NCBI GenBank assembly: GCA_043747615.1 | Contig: JAYTOU010000023.1 | Span: forward strand, 64,001 to 128,000 | Source: Myxococcales bacterium | GTDB lineage: Bacteria > Myxococcota_A > Polyangia > Polyangiales > Polyangiaceae | Length of the DNA stretch: 64,000 nt | Reading direction: 5' to 3' | Shown: piece by piece, positions 8,817-18,190 of the stretch | Position numbering within the stretch: position 1 is the first letter of the stretch | How the letters are laid out: every line of letters begins with the position of its first letter | The notes under the pieces: model-generated | The model's database searches: none | Told to the model about the DNA's origin: nothing | What the model saw: the letters and a program-made list of their open reading frames with translations, nothing else | Made by a program: the position numbers and the translations under genes

Positions 8817-10157
8817 TCAGTGCAGGTGCCTGGGTCCATGGAAGCCCGATGTGAGCTTGGTCCGATCCAGGCGTCGCGAAATCACGAGGCCGATCGCGAT
8901 AAGCAGCGCGATCGCGCTCGAGGAATTTTCGGTCGCCACCAAACCGCAGCCGCATGCCCCGCGAGGCTTGACCGACGGTCGCCCTGCGTCTCCGACAGAA
9001 GCATCCGGGGCCGCGTCGATGGCATCGTCCGCTGGCGGGATCGCGGGAACGAGGGCGGCATGAGTCGCTGGCCACTTTTCAGCGCACGTCGCGCCGGCTC
9101 CTCCATCGCAGGAGACCGGGCCCTGCACGTCGACAAAGGCGTTCAACGTCTCGAACGTCGTGCCTTCGTCCTTCGACACCGCGATGGCGAAGCCGCCCTT
9201 CTTGCCATAGGGGGACGAGCACGCGAACAGCTTGTCGCCGCGCGCGTGGAGGCAGAGCACACGAAAGCGATTCACCTGCGCCCACGTGAGGCCGCGATCG
9301 CGCGAGCGCCAGATTCCGTCGGCAGGATCTCCCGAACCCGCCCAATAAACAGCGCCGTCTTCACTCTTCGCAAATCCGAACATCGAGCTGCCCATGTGAA
9401 GCACGCTGCGGAACGTCGCACCTCCGTCCTCCGTGAGGAGCACGTCGCTTCCGCCTGCGTGAAGCGCGCGAACGAAGACACGGTCCGGATTTTTCGGATC
9501 GACGGCGGCAATGAAGAGGCGTGCATCGAATGGAAGCGTGGGATGGAGCTCGACCATCTCTGCGCTACGTTCGCCCCGAAAGAAGCGAGCGCGGGCGCCC
9601 TTCCCTTCAGGCTCTCCGGTCACATAAAAGCGTGACGGCCGCGAAGGCGCGATCTCCACGGTCTCCAGGCGCATGTGAGCGACGCCGCCGCGGACGATCT
9701 CCGCTCTGCCGTTCCTGTCGAGGTACACCACGTGTCCGTCTTTCGAAGGCGTGGACGTGAGCGCCACGAGCAGCGTCCCCTTCGGATCCGTCGTGAGGTC
9801 GGCAACATATTCTCCGTCGAGGCCCAAGGCTGGTGCGCTCTCGCAAGCATCAGCGGTCGAACGAAGGCCGTCGCTGAGGCCGATCCAGAGCTTTCCGTCT
9901 CCGGTCACCGCCAACGGCGGATCCCACGTGCCGGAAAATCCGAGCGCCTGCTCGCACATCCATTGCCAGGTTTTTCCAGCGTCACGAGAGACGAGAACGC
10001 CGAACGTAGTGCGCAGGAAAATCGCTCCGTCTGCGGAGCCTGGCGTGGTGACGATCGCCTGTGCTGCGGGGAAACGCCCGTTCGCATGCGCGGCGCGTGG
10101 CGCGTAGACTGTGAGGACGGTGAGGGCGATCGCAAGTCGGCGGAAAAAGAGAAGCAC
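8817..10157 (-). CDS. BNR/Asp-box beta-propeller secreted protein with MYXO-CTERM-like tail
   Basis: Signal peptide (AHA-NGRFP), four SxDxGxT(W/F)-type Asp boxes, C-terminal CGC + hydrophobic helix + RR. Confidence 0.82.
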   Translation of the reverse strand: MLLFFRRLAIALTVLTVYAPRAAHANGRFPAAQAIVTTPGSADGAIFLRTTFGVLVSRDAGKTWQWMCEQALGFSGTWDPPLAVTGDGKLWIGLSDGLRSTADACESAPALGLDGEYVADLTTDPKGTLLVALTSTPSKDGHVVYLDRNGRAEIVRGGVAHMRLETVEIAPSRPSRFYVTGEPEGKGARARFFRGERSAEMVELHPTLPFDARLFIAAVDPKNPDRVFVRALHAGGSDVLLTEDGGATFRSVLHMGSSMFGFAKSEDGAVYWAGSGDPADGIWRSRDRGLTWAQVNRFRVLCLHARGDKLFACSSPYGKKGGFAIAVSKDEGTTFETLNAFVDVQGPVSCDGGAGATCAEKWPATHAALVPAIPPADDAIDAAPDASVGDAGRPSVKPRGACGCGLVATENSSSAIALLIAIGLVISRRLDRTKLTSGFHGPRHLH

Positions 10158-11349
10158 CGCTTTGTTTTATCTCTTTTTCGCTGCCGCCTGCGTGATTGCA
10201 GCGTGCACCCCGTCGGGTACCACGAAGCGCGGCAAGCGCGGGAAAACCGAAGAGCGTGCCCTGCCGGCGATCGCCACTCCGCGCGCGCAGGCGGCGTTCG
10301 TCACCAACAATGGATCGGATTCCCTCTCGGCCATCGACCGCAACGGAACTCTCGTCACCACGGTGGCCATCGACGTCGATCCGAGCGCGCGCGAAGCACC
10401 TCACCATCTGGCGATCGACGCCCGCGCAGGAAGTCTGTTCGTCGCCTTCGCATTTCCCGCGCCGGTAGCCCCTTCGAAAGATCCGCACGCGAGCCACGGC
10501 AACGCCGAGACGCTCGGGAAGCTCGCCCGCATCGATCTCGACACGCTCGGCGTGAAGGACCTTCGCGAGGTGGACGCCAATCCAGGCGACGTGATCCTGA
10601 CCCACGATCATGCGCGGGTCCTCGTCACTCACTTCGACATGAGGCGGGCGATGAACGCTGCCGCCGCTGGAAGCCCTCCTTCGAGCTTCTTCGCGACACT
10701 CCAGGTGTGGAACGCGAAGAGCCTACAAAAAGAGGGGTCGCGGACGCTTTGTGTAGCCCCGCACGGAGTCGTCACCACCGCCGATGACAAGACTGCGATC
10801 GTCGCATGCTACGGCTCCGATGAGCTCGCCATCGTCGATCTGACGAGCCCCACCCTCGCGAGCGCACGCTTTCCACTCGGAACGGCGCAAGGAGTGCTCG
10901 GTGCGCCGCGCTACGGTCCGTACTCCGCTCTCCTCAGCCCGAACGAAGACGAAGTCGTCATCGCTGACCTCGAAGGGGCCGACGTGCGTGTCTTCGATCT
11001 GAGGGCCAAGCACTTCCTCCCGGATCGCACGATGACCCTCGGCGCCCGAGTTTTCATGAGCGAATTCGTCTCACCCACCGTCATCGTGGCGCCGTTGCAA
11101 TCGCCCGACGGGCTCGCGCGGATCGACATCGTCAAAGGCGAAATCGAAAAACGAATCGCGTTCACGAAAGAGGAATGCCAGGCACCTCATGTCGTCCGCA
11201 AAACGAAGGACGGCCGCGTTTACCTGGTTTGCGAAGGCGATCACACCCAGCCTGGCGCCGTCGCCGAGATCGATCCGGTGACGCTCGCGATCAAGAAGCG
11301 CTGGGTGGTCGGCGTATACCCCGACGGCATCGCCTTCGGTGAGGACTAG
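10111..11349 (+). CDS. YncE/YVTN-type beta-propeller lipoprotein (start uncertain)
   Basis: AFVTNNGSDSLSAID, APHGVV, VGVYPDGIAF; VIAAC lipobox; true start probably downstream of 10157. Confidence 0.8.
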   Translation: MRTVRAIASRRKKRSTALFYLFFAAACVIAACTPSGTTKRGKRGKTEERALPAIATPRAQAAFVTNNGSDSLSAIDRNGTLVTTVAIDVDPSAREAPHHLAIDARAGSLFVAFAFPAPVAPSKDPHASHGNAETLGKLARIDLDTLGVKDLREVDANPGDVILTHDHARVLVTHFDMRRAMNAAAAGSPPSSFFATLQVWNAKSLQKEGSRTLCVAPHGVVTTADDKTAIVACYGSDELAIVDLTSPTLASARFPLGTAQGVLGAPRYGPYSALLSPNEDEVVIADLEGADVRVFDLRAKHFLPDRTMTLGARVFMSEFVSPTVIVAPLQSPDGLARIDIVKGEIEKRIAFTKEECQAPHVVRKTKDGRVYLVCEGDHTQPGAVAEIDPVTLAIKKRWVVGVYPDGIAFGED

Positions 11350-12149
11350 GGCGCGTCCTTGCAGCAGCGGATGCCCATTTGGGCTCCTTCGTAGATTTCG
11401 CCGTGGCCCGTGGTGACGGCGCGGCAATAATTTTTTCCGGGGAGCCACCACGCGCCCTTCATTGCAGAACGATCCGGTAGGCGACCGCGGTCGAGCGTGG
11501 CCCACTCCTCGACGTTGCCCGTCATGTCGTGGACGCCGAAGGGGCTCAGGCATTTCGGAAATGCGTCGGCCGGCGCGCGCAGGTCCTTGAGGCCCGCGTT
11601 GGGGCGACCGAGATCCGTGCGGTCGGCGTTGCAGGCGGTGGGGTCGCGCTTGAAGCCATTGCCGTAGGGATATGGGTGCATCGCCTCGCCCTCGCAGGCG
11701 AACTGCCACTCGCTCTCCAGGCATAAACGCGCGCCGCGCGCTTTGCACACGCTGTCCGCGCTCGTCCACGACTGGTGCGCGAGCGGGAGTGAATCGCCGG
11801 GCTTCACGTACTCTTCGCGATCGATGCAGAAGCGCTTTTTTTCACGTACGCCGACGCACTTCGCGGGGTCCGCGTACTCCGCGCAGCGGTACTCGTGATA
11901 GGTGCCCGGCGGGTCGGTCCAGCGCTTGCAAACTTGCTGCACGTCCGGGCAATACGCGCCTTCAACGAGGACCATCTCGACGGGGCACGCGCCGGCATCT
12001 TCGAACGCGGGGACGGCGGCCTCCGTCGCGGCAGCGGCCACACAGACGAGGGGAGCGGGGGCGAGCTCACGACGCGGTGCGGAAGCTACTTCGGTTCCGC
12101 AACCAACACACAGCAGCACTAAGCAAACCGCAAATCGCCCGAAGCTCAC
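11346..12149 (-). CDS. FGE/SUMF1-family (C-type-lectin fold) lipoprotein
   Basis: GTG at 12149 with GGAGG RBS; RLCLESEWQFAC, FGVHDMTGNVEEW, GIRCC. Confidence 0.88.
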   Translation of the reverse strand: MSFGRFAVCLVLLCVGCGTEVASAPRRELAPAPLVCVAAAATEAAVPAFEDAGACPVEMVLVEGAYCPDVQQVCKRWTDPPGTYHEYRCAEYADPAKCVGVREKKRFCIDREEYVKPGDSLPLAHQSWTSADSVCKARGARLCLESEWQFACEGEAMHPYPYGNGFKRDPTACNADRTDLGRPNAGLKDLRAPADAFPKCLSPFGVHDMTGNVEEWATLDRGRLPDRSAMKGAWWLPGKNYCRAVTTGHGEIYEGAQMGIRCCKDAP

Positions 12150-12281
12150 AGACCCTCCGCTCCAGCTGGAAGGATGCGCTTTCGACCGCGCGCGCGCCAC
12201 TTTCTCCAGGTTTTCCTTGGTGAAGGTGCGGATCTGGACTAACCCCGAAATCCGCTCGTTTCGCCACGGGCGCCGCAAAGC

Positions 12282-13130
12282 ATGACGAAGCACCTCCTCA
12301 CCGCCTCATGCCTCGCGCTGCTCGCCTGCGGAAGGGCGGAGGCGGATCAAGGCGTGATGCTCACGGGAGCCGCGATCGACGGCGGTGTCTTTGCAGCGCG
12401 TGCCGCACCTTCACCCACCGCTGCAGCGAAGGAGCTCGCCAGCGAGGTCGCGTCGAAGACCGAGTTCTGTCCGGCGGGGATGACGCTCGTCGATGGCGAG
12501 TATTGCCCCGACGTGGAGCAGCATTGCTTGAAGTGGATGGATCCTGCGGGGAGCCGCTACGAACATTTTCGCTGTGAGAAGTACGCGAAGCCGGCGTCGT
12601 GCAAGGGCAAGCGCGTGCACAAACGCTTCTGCATCGACGTCACCGAGCGTCGTGAGCCGACGAGCGAGCTCCCGATGAACAAGATGTCGTGGACGAGCGC
12701 GAAGAGCGTCTGCGAGGCAGCAGGCGAGCGGCTCTGCATGACCAGCGAGTGGCAGTTCGCATGCGAAGGTGAAGAGCTGCGCCCCTACCCATACGGCTGG
12801 GAGCGCGACAAGGAAGCGTGCAACGTCGACGTGATGACCGGGCTCGGCAAAGTCGGCGGGCTCGTCGACCATCGCATGCCGGCGAGCGCGCATCCGAAGT
12901 GCGTGAGCCCCTTCGGCGTCCGCGACATGGCCGGCAACGTCGACGAGTGGGCCACGGTCGACGGGCTCCCCGTCGGATCGCGCGAGGTGATGAAAGGCTC
13001 GTGGTGGCTCCCCGGCCGTCACGCGTGTCGAAGCTTTCAAGGTGGCCACGGCGCAAACTACGGCGGCACCGAAAGCGGCGCGCGCTGCTGCAAAGACACG
13101 TCAACGCCGCAAACGACGGCTTCGCGCTAA
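12282..13130 (+). CDS. FGE/SUMF1-family lipoprotein, paralogue of the divergent neighbour
   Basis: LLAC lipobox; RLCMTSEWQFAC, FGVRDMAGNVDEW, GARCC. Confidence 0.9.
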   Translation: MTKHLLTASCLALLACGRAEADQGVMLTGAAIDGGVFAARAAPSPTAAAKELASEVASKTEFCPAGMTLVDGEYCPDVEQHCLKWMDPAGSRYEHFRCEKYAKPASCKGKRVHKRFCIDVTERREPTSELPMNKMSWTSAKSVCEAAGERLCMTSEWQFACEGEELRPYPYGWERDKEACNVDVMTGLGKVGGLVDHRMPASAHPKCVSPFGVRDMAGNVDEWATVDGLPVGSREVMKGSWWLPGRHACRSFQGGHGANYGGTESGARCCKDTSTPQTTASR

Positions 13131-13702
13131 CTACCGTATTTCGCTACGAGGGCGCGAACGCGGATGACGAAGTCGGCCTGGTGAAAGCGCTCGAAATCGG
13201 CCCAGGTGGTGAGACTTCGTGTGTCGGTCACACTATCGAGGAAGAGCTTTCCCTGCAGGTGATCGACTTCGTGCTGAAAGGTTCCGGCGGTGATCCCTCT
13301 CACTTCGTAATCGAGCTCGCTGCCGTGCCGGTCCCAGGCCTTGACCCTCACGACGCATCCGCGCGGCACCTCGCCGCGGAGGTTGGGCACGGAGAGGCAG
13401 CCTTCGTAGTTCATGAAGGTCTCGTCGCCCACACGCGTGAGCTCGGGATTGACGAGCACTGTGAGCTCGATGTTCGGCTTGTACGGATAGCGCGGGTTGT
13501 TCTTCACGTGGATCGCGCAGATCTGAATGGGCTCGTAGATCTGGTTGGCGGCGAGACCGGCGCCGTTCGCGTCGTGCATCGTATCGATGAGATCGTCGAT
13601 GAAGGACTGCGTCGCGGGGGCTAGCAGCTCGTCGCGGGTCAGTCGGCGCGCCACCTGGCGAAGCACGGGATGTCCGACGGTCGCGATCTTTCGAATGGCC
13701 AT
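13127..13702 (-). CDS. def: Peptide deformylase
   Basis: GAGLAANQ, EGCLS, QHEVDHLQG motifs. Confidence 0.96.
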   Translation of the reverse strand: MAIRKIATVGHPVLRQVARRLTRDELLAPATQSFIDDLIDTMHDANGAGLAANQIYEPIQICAIHVKNNPRYPYKPNIELTVLVNPELTRVGDETFMNYEGCLSVPNLRGEVPRGCVVRVKAWDRHGSELDYEVRGITAGTFQHEVDHLQGKLFLDSVTDTRSLTTWADFERFHQADFVIRVRALVAKYGS

Positions 13703-13734
13703 GCGGGTCTCCAGCGCGCTCAGTTTTTGCGCGG

Positions 13735-15621
13735 CTAGCGTTTTTCAGCGAGGATGAGCGTGCGGGGAGACTCAGCGCCGAAGAACACGCCCGGCGACCC
13801 AACGCGTCCGCTCACTTCTGCAACGCGGAAGCCATGGTCATGGAGAATCTTCCCGAGCTCGTGAAGCGAGTAGACGCGAATCGAGTACTCGATCTCCTTC
13901 GAGCGCCCGTCGTCCATCATCATGGTGCGCTTCACGCGCATGCGGCTGGTGATCCAGTCGATCGACATTTCGTCCATGCAGATGCATCCGTCACCTTCGA
14001 ACCACGCGAGCGAAGGTTGCTCCCGCATCATGTAGTCGCGGTTGACGACGTCGAGCAGGAACTGCCCACCCTTGCGGAGCGATCGGTGGACGAGGTGAAC
14101 GACGTGCGCGTTCTTTTCTTCTTCGAAAAATCCGAAGCTGGTGTTCCACGAGTAGACGCCGTCGAAGGTGTCTTCGAAGGTCATCTCCCGCATGTCGCCC
14201 TGGAGGAAATTCAGCTTCTGATTTCTCTCCTGCGCTTCGTCGGCGGCGCGCGCAAGCATGGCCAAGCTGAGATCGAAGCCCGCGACTTGGTAGCCGCGGC
14301 GAGTGAGCTCTATCGCGTGACGACCCGTTCCGCAGCCTAAATCAAGCACCATCGCGGCTTTGGCCACGCCCAGGCTGTCCTCGATGAAGTCGGCCTCGCG
14401 AGCGATCTGTGCATCGGTAATCTTCGCCATGGTGCGAATGAAGTCGTCGTTGAAGAGCTCCTCCCACCACGGGCGCGCCTTCTTTCGCGCCGCAGCAGCT
14501 TCATTCATCGGCGGCGGCGCGAGCCCGCCTCCACCGGTCGGCGAAAGCACCACCAGCGGTCTACCCGTGGGCATTCCACCCTGCGGGCTAGGCGGATCGG
14601 GAAGTTGCGGGCTCGAAGCGATTCCAACCGGAGGAGGAGGAGGGGGCGCGGAGACCCGACGCGGAGGCCCGGCGAGCGCACCCGGAGGGGGCGGAGGAGG
14701 CGGCGCGTACGCCGAGGTACGCAGAGGAGGCGGCGGAACATCGAGCGCCTTGGCCGATGGGCCGGGCTTCTGCACGGAGGGAACGACCGGAACGGACACG
14801 GGGGTGATCGCCGCGGGCGACGTGGGCGAAGCCGCGAGCGGAGTCATGATGGTCGTGGCGACGGGAGAGATGATCTCCCCCGGAGGAACGGCGCTCGCGA
14901 CCCGGAGCTGCTTGACCGGCACCTTACTGACCGTTGGCGGTGGCGCTAAGGCGAGTGAAGGTGCGGCGATGAACGCAGGTTTCGGAGGGTCGCTGGTGAC
15001 TTGCACGTCCTCACCCGACGACGGCGGGACGTCTTCGTCGACCGGAATGTCCTCGCTATCGAAGCTCTCGTGAGGGGGCCGGCTCGATGGAGTCTTTCGC
15101 GGGATCCCGGCGACGGGCGTCGGCGATTCTCCGCCATCCTCGAAGACTACCGGCGGCTCGGAATCCGAGTTTGTCGTGCGCGGCATCGCCACTTCGGTGT
15201 CGGGCGCGTTTGGCGCAGGTCGCTCACTCGGAGAACGAACCGGGCCCCTGATGAGCGTGGGTGCGCCCGCAGCGAGCTCTTCTTCTTTGGCGGTAGTCCG
15301 AGAAGGAGAGACGGGCGTCGGACGCGGGGGCGCATTGATCTGAATGATCGGAGACGGCCGAATCGACTCGTAGATGACGGGCGCGGGCGGCGTGACCGAG
15401 GACGGCCGGGCCACTTCGTCGTCGGGTATACGCACGCCCACCTTCGGCCGCCGTCGCGCCGGGACTCCAGACTGAGGGTTCGACGACGGCGGCGGCGCAC
15501 GCGGCGTGATCGGCCCCTCGGTCTCCAGCGAATCTCCTCCAGGCGGCGGGTCGGTGTTTTGCACGGCGAGCTCGGCGTCTTCGGCGGAGGCAGCGACGGC
15601 GCGGGGAAGTTTTTCGGTCAT
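13735..15621 (-). CDS. Class I SAM-dependent methyltransferase with long Pro-rich N-terminal extension
   Basis: VLDLGCGTGRH motif I, GDMRE, SFGFF; about 380 aa Pro/Ser-rich before PWWEELF. Confidence 0.88.
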   Translation of the reverse strand: MTEKLPRAVAASAEDAELAVQNTDPPPGGDSLETEGPITPRAPPPSSNPQSGVPARRRPKVGVRIPDDEVARPSSVTPPAPVIYESIRPSPIIQINAPPRPTPVSPSRTTAKEEELAAGAPTLIRGPVRSPSERPAPNAPDTEVAMPRTTNSDSEPPVVFEDGGESPTPVAGIPRKTPSSRPPHESFDSEDIPVDEDVPPSSGEDVQVTSDPPKPAFIAAPSLALAPPPTVSKVPVKQLRVASAVPPGEIISPVATTIMTPLAASPTSPAAITPVSVPVVPSVQKPGPSAKALDVPPPPLRTSAYAPPPPPPPGALAGPPRRVSAPPPPPPVGIASSPQLPDPPSPQGGMPTGRPLVVLSPTGGGGLAPPPMNEAAAARKKARPWWEELFNDDFIRTMAKITDAQIAREADFIEDSLGVAKAAMVLDLGCGTGRHAIELTRRGYQVAGFDLSLAMLARAADEAQERNQKLNFLQGDMREMTFEDTFDGVYSWNTSFGFFEEEKNAHVVHLVHRSLRKGGQFLLDVVNRDYMMREQPSLAWFEGDGCICMDEMSIDWITSRMRVKRTMMMDDGRSKEIEYSIRVYSLHELGKILHDHGFRVAEVSGRVGSPGVFFGAESPRTLILAEKR

Positions 15622-16505
15622 CCCGTGTCTCCCCGTGAGGCCGTTCCATTGGTGCGACGGAGCTGCGGAGCACGCGCCAACTTCTGGCCATAGAGGACGG
15701 GGCCTTCGTCGGCGACCCAGCGTTCCATGGCTTTTTTCTCGAGGAATAGAACGATCGTCGAGCCGAGATGGAACATGCCGATTTCCGAGCCGCGCTCGAC
15801 GTAGAGCGGCGGATCAATCTGGTGATCGCCCACGGGTACGTCTCGCGACGGGATCCCGCTCACGGTGATCCGGCCCACGATCATCGCCGCCACCATCACG
15901 ACCGTCACTCGGCCGAGAGCGGTCTCGGGTGGCGTGTCGATGGCGATCGCGATGCGGCGGTTTACCGCAAAGAGATTCGGAACATGACGAACGCCGATGG
16001 AGTTTACGGGAAAGAAATCTCCCGGCATCGAGCGGACGTGATGGATGAGACCGGACACGGGAGCATGCACGCGGTGGTAGTCGCGCGGCGAGAGGTAGAC
16101 GACGCAGCCGCCGCCGCCCTCGTAACGCGCAGCCTCTTTGTCGTCGCCGACGAGATCGCGAACGCGGTACGGGCGGCCCTTCACCGTGAACGTGCGACCG
16201 GAGTCGATCATGCCCATCGACTCAAGACGGCCATCTGCCGGGCTCACGATCACCCTGGGATCTGGCTCGATCGGTCGAGCGCCGGGGCGGAGGCTGCGCG
16301 TGAAGAAATCGTCGAAGCTCGCCCATCCGTCGCGCTGTTCGCACTCTTCCACACTCACGTCGTACGCCCGGGAGTAAAGCCCGATGACGGCGCGCCCAAG
16401 CGGGGCAGGCCAGGAAAAGTCCGCAAGTCGACCCGCTGCACGGCTCATGTGAGCGCGCGGCAAGACGCGAAGAATTTGGGCCGTGGCAAAGGTGAGCGCA
16501 CTCAT
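15618..16505 (-). CDS. psd: Phosphatidylserine decarboxylase proenzyme
   Basis: FFTR, SPADG, YLSPRDYHRVHAP, LGST self-cleavage motif; start chosen at MSALTF. Confidence 0.93.
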   Translation of the reverse strand: MSALTFATAQILRVLPRAHMSRAAGRLADFSWPAPLGRAVIGLYSRAYDVSVEECEQRDGWASFDDFFTRSLRPGARPIEPDPRVIVSPADGRLESMGMIDSGRTFTVKGRPYRVRDLVGDDKEAARYEGGGGCVVYLSPRDYHRVHAPVSGLIHHVRSMPGDFFPVNSIGVRHVPNLFAVNRRIAIAIDTPPETALGRVTVVMVAAMIVGRITVSGIPSRDVPVGDHQIDPPLYVERGSEIGMFHLGSTIVLFLEKKAMERWVADEGPVLYGQKLARAPQLRRTNGTASRGDTG

Positions 16506-16651
16506 GAACGCGGACGGCACCGACCCTTCAAGGCGGACTCGAGCGAAGAGAAAAGACGCGTACCTCATGGTATCTGGCACGGCTCGAATCGGTCAAATCG
16601 GAGAAGTTCTCCGGGTTTGCCAATAAGTCAGTTCCTGGGGCGCAGCGCCCC

Positions 16652-18190
16652 TCAATCGGCGCCAAGTGGGGGCTCGCCGCGGGCACGGGCAGCCTCGCAG
16701 AGGAGGCGCAGACCGGGATCCGCCGGGAGGTCCGCCTGTGGATCCGCCGACTGGCACGCGCACTCGATCTCCAGGGGATCGGCGGCCACCGCCTCCACGA
16801 AGGAGCTGTCCGCCGTCGGCCCATCGCCCTTCGACCGCGCCATCGTTCCCCGAATAGCCCACCACGGCCCGTATGACGCGACGACCTCATTGGGATCGCC
16901 GAGGAGCGGTTCGGCTTCTTTTCCGCGTCCCGCGTCGACGAGCGCGCGCGCGCGAATGTAGCGAACGCTCGGATCGTCCAGGCTCGCGCCTTTCAGGTGA
17001 TCGAGCTCGACGAGCGCCTCGGGTGCGTGATTTCGTCCGAGAAGGAGCTCCGCCAAACGAACGCGGTCCCGAAGCTCCTTCATGTTCGGCGGTTCGGAAC
17101 CGAGCGCAAAAAGCGCCGGGAGCGCCTCTTTGGGCTTCGCAGCAATGTGGGCCCGCCATTTCAAATCCCACTGTTTGAGGTCGGAGCCGCTCGCCTCTTT
17201 CAACGCCGCATCGGGCGTTTTTCGCTGGCGCAGACCGAGGAGTAGGTGGGGGAGCGCATCGGGCGAAGACGTGGCGGCGAAGAAGCGGACGAAGCTCGTG
17301 ACCTCTGCGAAGGCCACCATCGCCGCGTCCGCGCTCGGCAACATGGCGATCGACGGCCCGAGCTTGTCGAGAGCGAGATCCAACTTGAGCTCTATTCCTC
17401 GGGAAACGACCGCGTCGACGGGGGGGCGGTCATCGAAGACACCGGGCTCTCGCCAGCGAATCTCTTCGCGCTTGGCCACTCCTTCTTGCAACCAGAGCGG
17501 CGCGCGATCGACCGTTGCCCGCGTCACCGCGAGGTGGGTGAGCTCGTGAGCGATCGTGTCGCGCCAGGCGTATCCGTGATGACTCGCCCGGGGCGACAGG
17601 AGGGTCACCCTTCCCCATTTTGCGACGGCGACCGTGCCTGTGGTCTGCGCGGATTCGTACGGCAGACCAGTCATTTGGCTGAGCGACAGGAGATCGCGAA
17701 CCACGATGATCCGGGTGGGCTTCGGCCACGTTGCGCCGATGTCTCGGGTGAGCGCGTCGCGCGCCTTGACCACGGTCTCGACGATGAAGGGGGTCATCGC
17801 GCGATCCGCTTCGTCTTGGTAACGAACTTCCACCGATGGCTCGACGTTCTTGTCGACCACGGTTGCCGCGGTGACGCGCGCGCATCCGCGAGCGATGTCC
17901 GCCAGTGCACTGCCTTGCTCCGACTTTGCGATCTCTGGCCGTGAGAGCATGGTGACCGCGCCGTCACAGTCGGCCTCGTAAAGCGCGAGGCGACCCTTTT
18001 CGAGCGCAATGTTCGGATCGTCTGGGTCTCCGGCGGCGAGCTCCTTCCGCGCCTCATCCAGATCAAGCCCCAGGATCAATTCTTCGGCACGGGAAGCGTG
18101 ATCGGAAGGCGGATCCGCATGCACCGAACCGCCGATCGCGGTGAGTGATGTGAGCGCAACGAGCCCTACGAGCCAGCTCTTGGTGTTCAT
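16652..18190 (-). CDS. Secreted peptidase MA-like (HExxH) protein with TPR regions
   Basis: Signal peptide; HELTH then PLWLQEGVA; 4-bp overlap with upstream gene. Confidence 0.82.
   Translation of the reverse strand: MNTKSWLVGLVALTSLTAIGGSVHADPPSDHASRAEELILGLDLDEARKELAAGDPDDPNIALEKGRLALYEADCDGAVTMLSRPEIAKSEQGSALADIARGCARVTAATVVDKNVEPSVEVRYQDEADRAMTPFIVETVVKARDALTRDIGATWPKPTRIIVVRDLLSLSQMTGLPYESAQTTGTVAVAKWGRVTLLSPRASHHGYAWRDTIAHELTHLAVTRATVDRAPLWLQEGVAKREEIRWREPGVFDDRPPVDAVVSRGIELKLDLALDKLGPSIAMLPSADAAMVAFAEVTSFVRFFAATSSPDALPHLLLGLRQRKTPDAALKEASGSDLKQWDLKWRAHIAAKPKEALPALFALGSEPPNMKELRDRVRLAELLLGRNHAPEALVELDHLKGASLDDPSVRYIRARALVDAGRGKEAEPLLGDPNEVVASYGPWWAIRGTMARSKGDGPTADSSFVEAVAADPLEIECACQSADPQADLPADPGLRLLCEAARARGEPPLGAD

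Noticed and set aside
11346..13130. Diversity-generating retroelement suggested by two C-type-lectin-fold genes
   Set aside because: No reverse transcriptase or template repeat in the window; the differences between the 3' ends are not adenine-specific
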